DNA from: Vicugna vicugna
Lineage: Eukaryota
Reading direction: 5' to 3'
NCBI GenBank assembly: GCA_013265495.1
Contig: MU058868.1
Span: 3,722,669 to 3,786,668, forward strand
DNA: 64,000 nt
In this document: in pieces, positions 48,579 to 60,240 of the stretch
How the letters are laid out: the number at the start of each line of letters is the position of its first letter
How positions within the stretch are numbered: the first letter of the stretch is position 1
Translations under genes and position numbers: made by a program
Notes under the pieces: generated by a model
The model's input: only the letters and a program-made list of their open reading frames with translations
What the model was told of the DNA's origin: nothing
The model's database searches: none

Positions 48579-50451
48579 CTACAGGGACCAACACAGCGGG
48601 GACAGCATGCGTCAATCGTGTTAGTGCTTGGACTCGCTCCTGCCGCCGCCAATCACGCCCCCCGTGTACCAGGAGGACTAGATGACAAGCGTTACGCTAG
48701 CAGCTCAACACGTACGTGCAACTTGACAGATTAACTAGCAACCTGCAGTTAACAAGGCCCGTCTGCAGCTTGGTCTGCGAAGCTGCGCTGAAGTGAGCTG
48801 GTGGGTCAGGTGTGAGCACAGCGCTAGAAAAACAGCCCTAATTTGGCCCCTGCTGTGTAACTGCATTTCCCCTTTAGAGTTCAAGGGAGACCAGGTGCCC
48901 CAGGGTCCTTCAGAGGAGGGAGAGCTCACCGTCTTCCTGCCTCTGCCCCCTCTCCCCTGCTTGTCACTCTCTGTTTGTGTTTCTCAGGACGGCAGGTTTA
49001 GGAAACACACTCTGACTTTTTAAGTCCGAATAGCTACCATTTTATTCCAAATGTTCTCCCAGCTCCCCCATCCCTCCAAGATTTCCATTTGTTCCTGTAA
49101 CTTCTTCCAAAAATTTAAGTGTTGGAATTTCTTTGCTCTAACAGAGCATGGAAGGAAGCTCGGAGGCACCTCACACTGATGTGAACGTGGGAGACACAGG
49201 CTCGGCCCAGATCATGGCTCAGGCCCACGTCTGCCAGGTGTACATGAGAACGCCCTGGCCCGGCCATCCCATTCTGACATATAAAAAGAAGAGACCCTTC
49301 CAAATCACAGAGGGATAAAACAGCAATGGAAGGTAAAAAAGATGACACCCAGGGCTAAGAGGGTAAGGGGGGATGAGGGGGGTCCTGGGGCCGCATCACC
49401 TGAGGACCAGCGCGACTGTCACCAAAGGGTATCCGGTCTAAGGACAAAGGAGGAAAAAGCAAAGGCACTGCACTGGCCTTTCCTTAGAGCTACGTGTTCT
49501 TAATTTGGAAGACTTTGCGCCCTCCTCCTGATTACGTCCTCCTTACTCTGGTGCTAAATGTCCTTTCTTTGATGAAAGATGGTGCTAGTAGATGGCAGTT
49601 TCTCGTTTCAAATGCCCTTAACTTGTTCTGGACATTTCATAGTTCCCCACACCACTTTTTTTTTTTTCAAACATTGCCCATTTTTGAAATCTAGAACTTT
49701 GGGAACCACAGACTGAGGGAGACATCTGGCCGTGGGCACCCTTCAGGCCCCGGCCCGGTTCTCGGACGGCCCTTCTCGGCAGAGCCCTGCCCTTATACTC
49801 TCTCTCCTCCAGAGCACAGACTGCCCTGCAGCTGGCTGCCACCTCAAACAGAGCAGCCGCCAGTCCACGGAACTGAGGATTCCCTGAACTATCAGCTGTT
49901 TGATGGCTCCATTCTGGTCCTCCTCCTGCCTGGGATGTCTCTCCCATCCTCCGGTCAGACTGTCATTCGAACCTGGTCCAATCACAGCCCAAGAGCCACT
50001 TCCTCAGTGAGCATGCCTGACCCCTCATCCCTGCCCTCTCCTGGCTGCTGTACGTGGACCAGGAGAGTGAACCATTACCTGTCTGTGCTTGTCAGAGTAC
50101 CCGGGACACACCCACATTTCTGCAAAGCCCGCCTGTCTAACCTCTACACCTCCTGGCTCATTCTAGGCAACCACTAACTGATTTGTTCTAATTTATTCCA
50201 CTTTCCTTTAATGGTTCCCTAGTGGGTACATGGGCATAACAGAACCAGACTGGGTATCTCAAAGTCATACTAAATACTTGTTGGAAAGAATCAGTTACCC
50301 TTATTTTTAAAACTCTACATAGATCAACATAAGACCTGCCCTCTCGCCAAAAAGCCCTAGTACTTTTCAAACTTGATCACAAATATGTGCAATTTGGCAC
50401 CTGTGAATTCCAGACAAAACATACTGAAAGTAACAAATCACCACCACCTAC

Positions 50452-50546
50452 TTGCTGGAAAATGCAGAGATTAGGGAAGGTTCTGGAAATGTCCAGTTTA
50501 ATAAGCTCCAGGCTGGCTTCTCTGTCTGCTGCTGAAAAACCAGCAT
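50452..50546 (-). CDS. TBC1D14: TBC1D14 coding exon (95 nt)
   Basis: cttttgacag|AT GCT GGT...CAG CAA|gtaggt; AGFSAADREASLELIKLDISRTFPNLCIFQQ (IxxDxxR motif). Confidence 0.96.
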
Positions 50547-51502
50547 CTGTCAAAAGATCAACAGTCATCACACCTCTCAGAGGCAAGTGTGTGGAGCAGC
50601 TACAAGGCTTTGAACTTTTATGAGAACGAAACAAGAAAAGGAAGTTCTTCAGAAGTACATGGACCTAATTACCACCTGAACCAACAGGATCAACAGTTTG
50701 TAGAGTTTACACCAGTTTGTAGAGTTTCTTGCTTTAAGAGCAAAAATCTCACAGCACCATCTAATGCTAGATCATCATCAGATACTTTCCAGAGTGTGAA
50801 ATCAAAATCTGATTTGATATTACCTTTGCCAACAACTGTCACGGAAGTGAGGACAAGTAAGGCGACAGACACACAAATGGATTCCAGGCACAGAAAACAC
50901 AAAAAAACCCATTATTTGATCTAGAGCATCACTGGGATGAACTGAGAGCACATGGGAGCTACTGCAGCACAGCACTCATGCGCACCATCTCTAACGAGCA
51001 CGTATGAGTAACTTGCTTTATGCTTTTTAATTCTAATACCACACAGACAGCATAAAGGCAGGTCAGCGAAAAAGACACCACTCAACTAACAGAGGTCATC
51101 ACAACCATTCTCGTGTGTTATGGAAAATTCTAAAAGCATAATCTAGGAAATATGCTGTTTTTCTTGTCTCTGTGGAAGCGGTTCCTCTATAAACCAGCTC
51201 TCAAACGATCCTGGGTGCCAGGCTACTGTAAATCATGTGAATAGTGAATAAAGGAAACAAAACTGGTGATGATCAGCCTTCCAGCATCTTAGGACACACT
51301 CAACTCTCAGGAATTGGTATTATCTTTCTTATAAAAGTTTCTTTCTTTAATTTGTTTGCTCTAAAAAATCCCTTTTGCCATGAAGCGTTTATATTTTGCA
51401 CTAACCACTATTTCAGTTAAGTAAATTTTCTTCATTATGTAATAAATAATGACATACATATGTGACCGAAGGAGCCCACAGGTGTGTTAGCATCATACAT
51501 AC

Positions 51503-51583
51503 CTTCACTGTCCACTTCAGAGCCTCCTGTGCTAAAGGACCGCCACCTCTCCTTGGCTCGGGCAAGACAGATGTCAAAGAGTT
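51503..51583 (-). CDS. TBC1D14: TBC1D14 coding exon (81 nt)
   Basis: ttttcttccag|AA CTC TTT...AGT GAA G|gtatgt; LFDICLARAKERWRSFSTGGSEVDSE. Confidence 0.95.
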
Positions 51584-51839
51584 CTGGAAGAAAAGCCTCT
51601 GGGTAAGTATCAAGTGCACACGTGAGTATGTCTCCTTGAAAACACCAGAGAGTACACACTGCCTCATTCAAATGTTTAAAGTTCAACTACAGCTAAGGCT
51701 ACTTAAACAATCCCCCACTTAGCCTGAGGGCGCTGATGTCTGAAGACACCACCAAATACAAAGAGACACACAAAATGCCACTCTGCGTGGTGTTTACTTA
51801 GATTACACAACCCACCCATCAACTGTTTTGCTTCGATGT

Positions 51840-51960
51840 ATTTGTGAGTCTATCGCCTCTATTAGACTGTGAGCTCCAGTGAGACTGGGAGGGTCTCTTG
51901 TTCATATTTGTATCCAGAGCAAACAGCACTGGGATTGACGCAAATCAGTACAATCAATGA
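51840..51960 (+). mobile_element. L2 LINE 3' fragment
   Basis: ttagactgtgagctccagtgagactgggagg..cttgttcatatttgtatccaga. Confidence 0.55.
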
Positions 51961-53174
51961 GTATCTGACAGATGAAGAAAGCGAGAGACAAGCAGAAAAG
52001 CCATCTGGTTTTAAATAAAGACAAAATGGAACCGCTACTCCCTGGCCCAGTCTTCCTGAACATGCTGCCTGAAAGGGGGCAGCGATGCAAGCAACACAGG
52101 CAGAAGTTAAAAAAAAAAGAAAATGAGGATTCTTGTTGGCAGAGAGGTGTCAAGGCAGGTCTCCCACAAGGCAGCCTCCATGTCTCACCCATATTTGGAA
52201 CTTATTTTTCAATAATTCTTCTCTTTGGGTAGTTTGGCAATGGTGAAATACTAACTCTGCGCACAGATTTCACTGTTACACACAGACCTCCGTGGTATAT
52301 CCACGCCCCAGTCTTCCTGAAAGAGCGAAAATGAAGGCTGACCCCACAGAGACCCCCCCGCCTTCCCCGGCCCGGATGCTCCCCAGCCATCGGTTGCCCT
52401 GGATTGCGAACACTCACTAGTTGATCACTAAGACTTTAATTACAGCTACTCAGAGAATTTCTGTAACTTTATTTTTTCCATCAAACTTTTGGAAAATAAA
52501 GCAGAGCACATCTGCCTTCTGGATAGTATATGCTGTTTTATTAAAATATAAATCAAATTCTAGTAATACTATTGTGTTCCAGTAAGTAAAATTTTGATTA
52601 ACAACCCTTTTCTAACCTTGTGATGATCTGACCCACAATCTATGAGAGTCCGTAAGCGCAGCGCAACTATGAAATAAAACTTCATGTTGATGTCAGCACC
52701 TGAAAGGCAGCAACAAGCATCCTCATTCAAATGCTTAAGGGACAGATCTGGAGGAGTGCTGAGCTGGAGGCTAGAGGGTCTGGGAGCCTCTGCCCGCTCT
52801 CAGTTCCCAGGAGTTGGGCTTAGCTTTGATCATTTTGGCAGGAGGTGAAGGAAAACAACTGTGTGGTCCCACTTCCCAAATGAGGTTTCGACAGTTAAAG
52901 CACAGATGCTGGCAGTCTCGGGGTGAAATGGGTCAAAAGTATCAGGTTTTAAAACATCCCTTGGTTTTACTAGTGTGTGCCTGTGAGGAGGGGAGAAGTT
53001 AGAACAGTGAATACACCTTCTTCCCTGACCCAGTTTCAAAGTACAAGGCTGACTTCCCTAAGAGTGAAGTTTTAACAGCACCATTAGGTCGACTTTCAGT
53101 AAGTTTCCAATTGCACAACCACAGAAAGAACAAAACTCTGGGGCTTCCCAAATCACAACACAGGCTTCAGAGTC

Positions 53175-53400
53175 AGCTGAGGCCAGAACGTCCCAGCTCC
53201 ACCATACACTGGCCATGAGGCTGGGGCACGGTCCCTGACCTTTTCAGGATGCTAGATGCTCAGCAGAGAAATAAGGTCAACACCACCTGCCCCTCAGACT
53301 GCGCTTGTTGTTAAGTAAGATGGGAGCAAAGAGCCCAGTATGATGCCTAGCCTCACAGCAGACCTTGAGATGACCTGTGTTCTCACACTCGCTTGAATAT
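53175..53400 (+). mobile_element. MIR SINE
   Basis: cccagctccaccatacactggccatgaggctgggg..gttgttaagtaagatggg..tgatgcctagc. Confidence 0.5.
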
Positions 53401-53439
53401 GCAGTAAAACTGAGATTAAGTAGGACCCAATAAGGTGGC

Positions 53440-53520
53440 ATTCACTCATTCACTCAGCAAACACTTCCTGAGGGCCTGCCTTGTGCAGAGAGCTGTGCTG
53501 GGCTCAGCGACAGAACGGAG
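53440..53520 (-). mobile_element. L2 3' terminus
   Basis: cattcactcattcactcagcaaacacttcctgagggcctgccttgtgc..ctgtgctggg. Confidence 0.65.
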
Positions 53521-54953
53521 AGCGTCACAGGTGAGGCCCCAGCGTCCAGAGCACCTGCTCTAGGGGACAACCAGTAACAGGCAGACAACCACACAAGACA
53601 GGCACAATGCAAATACAATGAGCCAATATCAAAATTTAGACAAACTTTCAAGACATATAATTGACTAATTAGTTGTTTAACCCAATGTACTATGATATGG
53701 TCCATAGAAGATTTTAATTTAAATAAAATCAGTGCAGCCACCAGGGAGAACCAAAAATTAAAGACATACACACACATGCAGAACTCTGCATTACATTCAA
53801 CTGGCTTAGAGCTGCTGGCAGAGAGTTTAGAAATTTTCAGGAACGAGGACCGAGACAAACGGTCAGCCATGTCTTCCAACCTCTACTTTCAGGAAAGCTT
53901 GTTAAAACCTATTTCCACGAGTTAAATGATACACATCTTCTCACGTAAAAACATTAAGGTTTTGGCAGGTATGGGTCAGCCAAGAAATGGAACTTCGCGA
54001 TGATCACATGAACAGAAATCAGTCACCATCCACCCAAGCAGCTGCCACCAGTCAAGATGGAGAACACCGCCAGCCAAGGCTCCAATCACAGGGTAAGATC
54101 GAAGTCTTACAAAATAAAGAGCGCGGTAACAAGATGAACCCGAGCTACACAGGGAAGGCACACATCAGTCTATTTTCAGCTCAAAGGCCTTCAACAGGGC
54201 AAAAGTTGCCACCACCAACTCCACAACTCCACAGACTGGGCGCTAATATAAAGAAGACAGTTAAGGAGTTTCTGTCCTCGGCAGCTTAGATTGCAGACAG
54301 AGGACACAGTACTAAGCAATGATTCCCACTTACTAACACTTAGTTGTAAGTCTGTGACCTCCTGGTGTTGGTTTCACCCTGCACCACAGCTGGCAGAGAG
54401 GGCAAGGAGCCCAGGGAATGCTGTGGTGGGGCCTCAGGAAGGGAAGTACACATCTCACTTCTCTCTGGACACACGGTTCTAGACCCTCAAGGACCCAGTC
54501 CGAGCACAGTGTGTTGTCCCCTCTAAGGCGCTTATACATGAGAGGCCTGGGAGGAAAATGCCACAAAAAACCAACAGCGCCCCAAATACAGGACCTCCAC
54601 AGAAGGAAACACCCACCTCCCTTACATTTTCATGTCCCCACTGAGGCTTGCTTTCTACAGGACACCGAGAAGAGATGCTCTGAGACCCGTACGTGCTACC
54701 CCGTGCACTCGGGGAAGATGACAGGTATCAGGAAGAAGGCAGGCATTTGCTCCGAACCAGAAAACTGAAGCACCAGGAGTGAACCCAGGCCTCCCCACCC
54801 GCCGCCCTCCTGGAAGACACACTCATCTGGCCCCTCAAAAGACACAGCTTTGTGGCAATGGCTGCCTTTCTTCCTAACAGGGTAGATGGGACAGGAGAAG
54901 CCACAGGACCCAGGGGTGGACTCCCCAAGCCTAGGATCACGCAGGCCACTCAC

Positions 54954-55060
54954 CATGGGTGATATTTAACTCGTTGCCAATGGCTAAGCTCCAGACTTTG
55001 CCTCTCACGCTGGGAGGGATCCCCTGCCACCATAAATCTCGAACTTTCCTAGAGCACCAC
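54954..55060 (-). CDS. TBC1D14: TBC1D14 coding exon (107 nt)
   Basis: tttttatccag|G TGG TGC...ACC CAT G|gtgagt; [35 protein letters not shown] (start of TBC domain). Confidence 0.96.
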
Positions 55061-57136
55061 CTGGATAAAAACGGAAGCAAAAACGGAGTTCACGAGTCTG
55101 TTCTCAGTGAAGAAATGCTTGTCCACCCACGTGCCTAACCCCGAACCACAGAAGTGGGTGTATACAGTCGTATGTCACAGCCCCTGGCCTCAGGCACCCT
55201 ACAGTCCAGTGGTCCATACAGACCAGGAGACCAAGGCTACCTTCCACCAGGCAACTACTGTGACAGGGGAGGCCAAAGGCACTGCATACCCAGAGACGGG
55301 CACCACAAACCATGGGGCCCAGGGCACCATTCTGGAGCCAAATTCTGAGTGACCAGTAGCAATTTAAGCAGATGAAGGATGGGAAGGACTCTGTGAGCAG
55401 AAAGCACAGCAACAAGAAATAACCTGGCCTGATACAGGAACCGCAAACAGCTGGGCACGGGGTGGGGCGCCAGGAGGCACTGCCGCACAGCTGCAGGTGA
55501 GGGCGGACCCCAAGGGGCCTCGTGAAGTGAGCCCAAGAGCATGGCCGCCAACCGCTGCACTGCTGCACACAGGCAAGGGACTCGGGTAGCGAGCTGCCGA
55601 AAGCTAACTCAGAGCACTCTGAGCTGCCAGAAGTCGCTGAGGTCTGCGGGTCACAACGAGCACATACCGCTAACAGACTGGGACAAACATGTAGGTGCCA
55701 AAGACTCCCAACACAGGGCTTCCTGACACAGCACAGTGGGAGGGCATGGGCTGACGCTGCAGGCAGCAGGGCTGCATCCTCACTGCACCCTGACCTGTGG
55801 AACTGAAGCAAACTTCTCCTCTCCCTCGGTATCCTTCTCCCTAACACCAAGGTGACGAACCCCCCCACCCCCACGGGGCTGCTGCGAGGGTCAAGTCAGG
55901 TAAAGCCCAAAGGCACCTGCCACAGGGCCTAGCGCCAGCCGGGCCATTAAGTGGCAGTTCTCTTACGACTGCCTGCGCTGGATTGCAGCAAGCCTCTGTC
56001 AGCGTCGGATGGACCAGGGTGGGGTCTGCAGCCACACAGGGAGACAGTCCAAGGGCTCTGAGGGCCTTAACTCTTGTCAGTGAGTTCCGTTCGAGAAAAA
56101 GTGTTTCCTGACCACGTCCACCCTGTTAGAGACACTGCCTAGAAAACCAGGCTCCGGGAACAGCCTGTTTTCCTAGTGCAGATGCGCAACAGGGTCACCC
56201 AGCCCCGTAATGAGTGAGTGACACCCAGGGAAGCGCTAGAGCAAGTCCCCAACATCCCAACATACAGGTCAGGTTGAAAGGACGAGAGCTAAAAGGAAAC
56301 TGGCATCCAAGCTCCCCACAGCTCCTGCAGACCGGGGAGCCCCCAAAACAGCCACAAGCCCTTGCACACGGCCTGGGACTGTTGTCCACATGCTAACTGT
56401 TCTGGCCACACAGAAAGAAAGATCTACATCTGTCCCTCAGATGTAAAGATGACAGCAGCTGCCAGACTCTACTGGGTACAGGGGGTTGTCACCAAAGCAG
56501 ACCCAGTGCCCATCCTGAGACAGAGAGCAACAGAAGCTTGAGCAGACGGATACAGTGTACTCAGAGGGGGTCTTCTACAGGCACCTGGAGCCAGGGCGAG
56601 GGCAGCAAAGTCTTCTCCAAGGGACTGAACCTTGAAGGACAAAGTGTTAACTGGATGAGGAGTTACAGGACAAGAGCACTCTTAAGTAGAGGGAGTGAGA
56701 TGTGCAAAGGCCCTGAGGCTCCCTAAGGACAGGGCTCTGTCCAAGCAAAGGAGAGAGGAAGGTGAGGCTACAGAGAAAGGGACGGGCTAGCTCACAAAGG
56801 GTCCTGTCAGCTAAGCCAAGCAATTCACATTTCACACTGAGAGTCACAAGTTTCTGAAATTTTAAGTATGGAAGTGACACAGATTCATGCCTTAGAAGAC
56901 CCCTCTGGCTGCTGAGTAGATCATGAACTAGAAGGTGTGCGGGGTGGGGTGGCTGTCACAGTATGTGGATATGGAACAAGACCAAACCGAGGCAGGGGAA
57001 GGAGCCTCTGCACCTTGACCTCATCAGGTAACTCCATCAAAGGTTGTGATGTGATTCACAACTAATGCAGCTGCTTCGCACAGATTCTACCAAGAAGTGA
57101 TTTACAGCCCAGCGAGCCCACTGTGTCACAGCTTAC

Positions 57137-57254
57137 ATTGTTTCCCAGTTAGGCAAAATCTCATTATTCCAGGTAAGGACAGCATTTCCAATACTGTCTT
57201 CTAATCTGCATCTTTCTTCCAGCTGCTTTTTCCTCCTCTGGGCTTCTTTCAGCT
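57137..57254 (-). CDS. TBC1D14: TBC1D14 coding exon (118 nt)
   Basis: gatttccag|AG CTG AAA...GAA ACA AT|gtaagc; LKEAQRRKKQLEERCRLEDSIGNAVLTWNNEILPNWET. Confidence 0.95.
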
Positions 57255-57719
57255 CTGGAAATCACAAGTAAAAATACGAAGAAAACATCTATTAATTGAT
57301 GTCCACCAATTTCAAGCTGGGTGGTTCTTCTCAGAGTCATGCTGCATAAAAACCAGGAAAACAGCACTGAAATAGAGCAATGAAACCTGACCTTCCAAGA
57401 CTCATTTCATATCGTAGGGAATTCAGAATGCTTAGGCATTATTCATCCTTTAGTAAGCTTTTTGTAACATACACACCGTGTAACATGTATACAGAAAAGG
57501 ACACACACAGGAACACAGCAGGGCTATCACAAAATAGACAAACTCAGGAAACTACCACTGCAGTCAGAAGACAGAACATTAACAGAACACCAGAAGCTTC
57601 TCTTGTGCTCCCCCAACCCAATCCCCTTTCCAATGTAACCTCCAACCTCACTTCTGTTTAAGAATAATGCTTAGTGTACAATAGTGACCCTGAGAAATAC
57701 CATGCATTTTCATTTATAT

Positions 57720-58140
57720 ATACTTTTCTAATATTTTTTGTGGTACAATACACAAAACATAAAATTTACCACTTTAAGTGTACATTCAGCAGCATTAAGT
57801 ATATCCACCCTATTATGCAACCATCACCACCATTCATCCCGGGAATTTTTTCATCTTGGCAAACTCAAACTCTGTCTCCATCAAACACTGAGTTCCCCAT
57901 TCCCCCTTCCCACAGTCCCTGACAACCTCCACTCTACTTTCTGTCTCTATGAATCTGACTATTTGGGGGACCTCATATAAGCGGAATCATATAGTATTTG
58001 TCCTTTTGTGTCTGGCTTATTTCACTGAGAATAATGTCTTCAAGCTTCATGTCGTAGCATGTGTCAGAATTTCATTCCTTTTTAAGGCTGAGTAATATTC
58101 CATTGTATGGATGGACCACATTTTGTTCATTATTCATACT
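57720..58140 (-). mobile_element. old L1 (L1MA/L1MB-like) 3' fragment
   Basis: aaaatttaccactttaagtgtaca..gcaaccatcaccacc..tactttctgtctctatgaat..gtctggcttatttcact..aaggctgagtaatattccattgtatgg. Confidence 0.85.
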
Positions 58141-58528
58141 TTTTAAACATCCAAGAAGCAAAGGGTTTTTAGGTGCTGCAAGGCGCTTTACCAAATCCCA
58201 CCACATCTTCCTGTAAACAGGAAAAACAGCCCAGAGGAAAGGAGATCTGGCCATCACTACTGGCCGAGGCCGTCTCCAGCTAGGACTTTTACCCTACGCA
58301 GTCTCTCTCCTAGAGTAATTCAAAGTGCTATTCTCTTCAGTAAAGCTACCAGGAATGAACAATTAGTAGAAACGTACATTTTTGATGGAAAATTACAAAT
58401 ATCAAGATAGTAAAGCATTCAACAAAGTTCAGGCTCTTGAGCATCAAAATGTAAAAACGAGAAAATATCCAGAGAGACACAAAATCCTGTGCCACCTTAT
58501 GTAACCAAACACATGTGAACTCCATTAC

Positions 58529-58611
58529 CTCGTTTTTTGGCCTGAACCACCATTTCTTCATACTGTTGCCTGTGTTTCTGAGCCTCTTCAGCTGGCTTCG
58601 CCGGGAGATTT
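58529..58611 (-). CDS. TBC1D14: TBC1D14 coding exon (83 nt)
   Basis: tctgttaag|A AAT CTC CCG...AAA CGA G|gtaatg; NLPAKPAEEAQKHRQQYEEMVVQAKKR. Confidence 0.95.
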
Positions 58612-60121
58612 CTTAACAGAAAATAAATGATTTTTCACCATTGTAAATATTAAATAAGTGAAATGTGAAGTATCATTACAAAAAAATGAAAAGCTCAAAG
58701 ACTAAAACCACATTTGTTAGATGACAAAGACGCAGCTCTTTCATAAACCAAAAATATTTTTTACAAAAGTAAAATAAGCTCACTTAAAAAAATCTGAAGT
58801 ATGAAGATTAGCAGAAGGAAGAAAATAGCAATTACCCCTAATTCCAACAGAGATAAACACTTAACTTGTGGGTGTTTCCCCCCTTCAGTCTCCTAAGAAA
58901 CTCTGCTGCAACCACAGCGCACTGATAATCATCAGCAGAGCACCCGAATGGCAAGCACCACATATACGTATGAATACATTCCCTGGCCAGTTTCTCAAGG
59001 GTGCAAGTACCTGCTACGTGGTTCATTTCTTTTCTTTAATATATATATACAGATTTATACAATAGTTCTGACATCTAAACGTAGTGTGCAGCTTCGGATC
59101 CTGTTTGGAAAAATTAAGTGCATGCTCTCTTTCAGAAATGTGCTGGGGAATTTGCCAGGCCCTTGGAAAGGGGGAGGGTGGCCATGTCCGGCTGTTTGTG
59201 CCCTGGGCTATCTGGACGACTGTCCTGGCTGCAGGAGGACAGGGCACGGTTTCCCACAGCCTACGTTTTGGAGCGCTTTACAAGGACTGGTCCTCACAGT
59301 GCGCTGGATTTTACCCACAGCCTCTACCTACCTTTTTAATCCTCCATTTCTGGGTTTCTCTTCCCAACTACCCACAAGCCCGCAATTTCCAAGGACCAAA
59401 AATTATTATCAAAAGAAACATTTCCTCTTTAGATTTCACCAATATTAAATGTCAGGGTTGGCAGGGGCCTTAGGAATTCCAGCCTAAGGTTTTATAATCT
59501 CTCTCTTTTTGAAAAGCTGTGGAATCTTTCTATTCAAACGTAATGTTCTACGGAAACTCAATACTTAAACAGAGATAAGCTATGGCCTGGTACAATGGAA
59601 CAATCCCTCTACTCCACTAAGGTCTCCAAATACAATCATCAAAGTCCACGTCCTCATCAGATCCATGGAAACCCAGATGCCCAGAGGGAGAGGGGACTTG
59701 CTGAGATCAGCCAGCCACACTGCAGATCCCAAAGCAGCAGCAGGCTAGTCCAGGGACTGTCCTGTAGTACTGAGGTGCCTCCAAAGTGCCCAGCTTAGAG
59801 ATACCTCCTGGTGTGTGTTTCTTACAGTTACCAGCCAGTCTATAATTAATAACAGCTCCCTAAGTATTTGTGAATGCTAAATTAAAATGAAAAATCACCT
59901 GAATGGAAAATCCTGGTCAAAACTTCTACTTAAGGCAAGTTTTCCAAATTAGCCATTTGGTATCATCTAGAACACACATCAGCACAGGGAAGGACGAGGG
60001 CCCCGCAGTGGGGACAGGCTGACCCCTCTTCCCCTCATGAGCGTCCTTTTCTAATGAGGAGGTGATGAGCTAAGATGCTTCTCCCCCAAAGCAAACCCTC
60101 TATAGACGCCTCCTCACTCAC

Positions 60122-60240
60122 GCTGGCCTGTCTTCCAAGATGAGCGCGGTGGTGGAAAGTGGCTCGAAATCAAGATTCTTCCTCACATTCTGCTTTGGAG
60201 AGGGTGGCCTGCTAGGTCGTCCAGCCTTGTCATCATATTC
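60122..60240 (-). CDS. TBC1D14: TBC1D14 coding exon (119 nt; likely exon 4)
   Basis: tttgtcctag|GAA TAT GAT GAC...AGG CCA GC|gtgagt; [39 protein letters not shown]. Confidence 0.95.

Larger units (their letters stand above)
32575..60240 (-). other. TBC1D14: TBC1D14 gene, partial (last 11 coding exons, 1239 nt = 412 aa + stop); TBC-domain Rab-GAP family protein
   Basis: Eleven GT-AG exons splice in frame into [10 protein letters not shown]...IKLDISRTFP...GYVQGMSF...EKGSPSLRH*. I found no further 5' exon in 60241-64000. Confidence 0.96.

Noticed and set aside
50547-50573. In-frame AG 27 nt upstream of the 95-nt TBC1D14 exon (would add GVMTVDLLT)
   Set aside because: GAG acceptor with a weak pyrimidine tract and another AG just upstream; no supporting evidence.
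52616-52707. C/D-box snoRNA-like pattern (cctt-GTGATGA...CTGA-aagg)
   Set aside because: It is antisense to the TBC1D14 host transcript, I saw no clear C'/D' boxes or rRNA guide, and such matches arise by chance in 128 kb of strand sequence. snoscan or Rfam would settle it.
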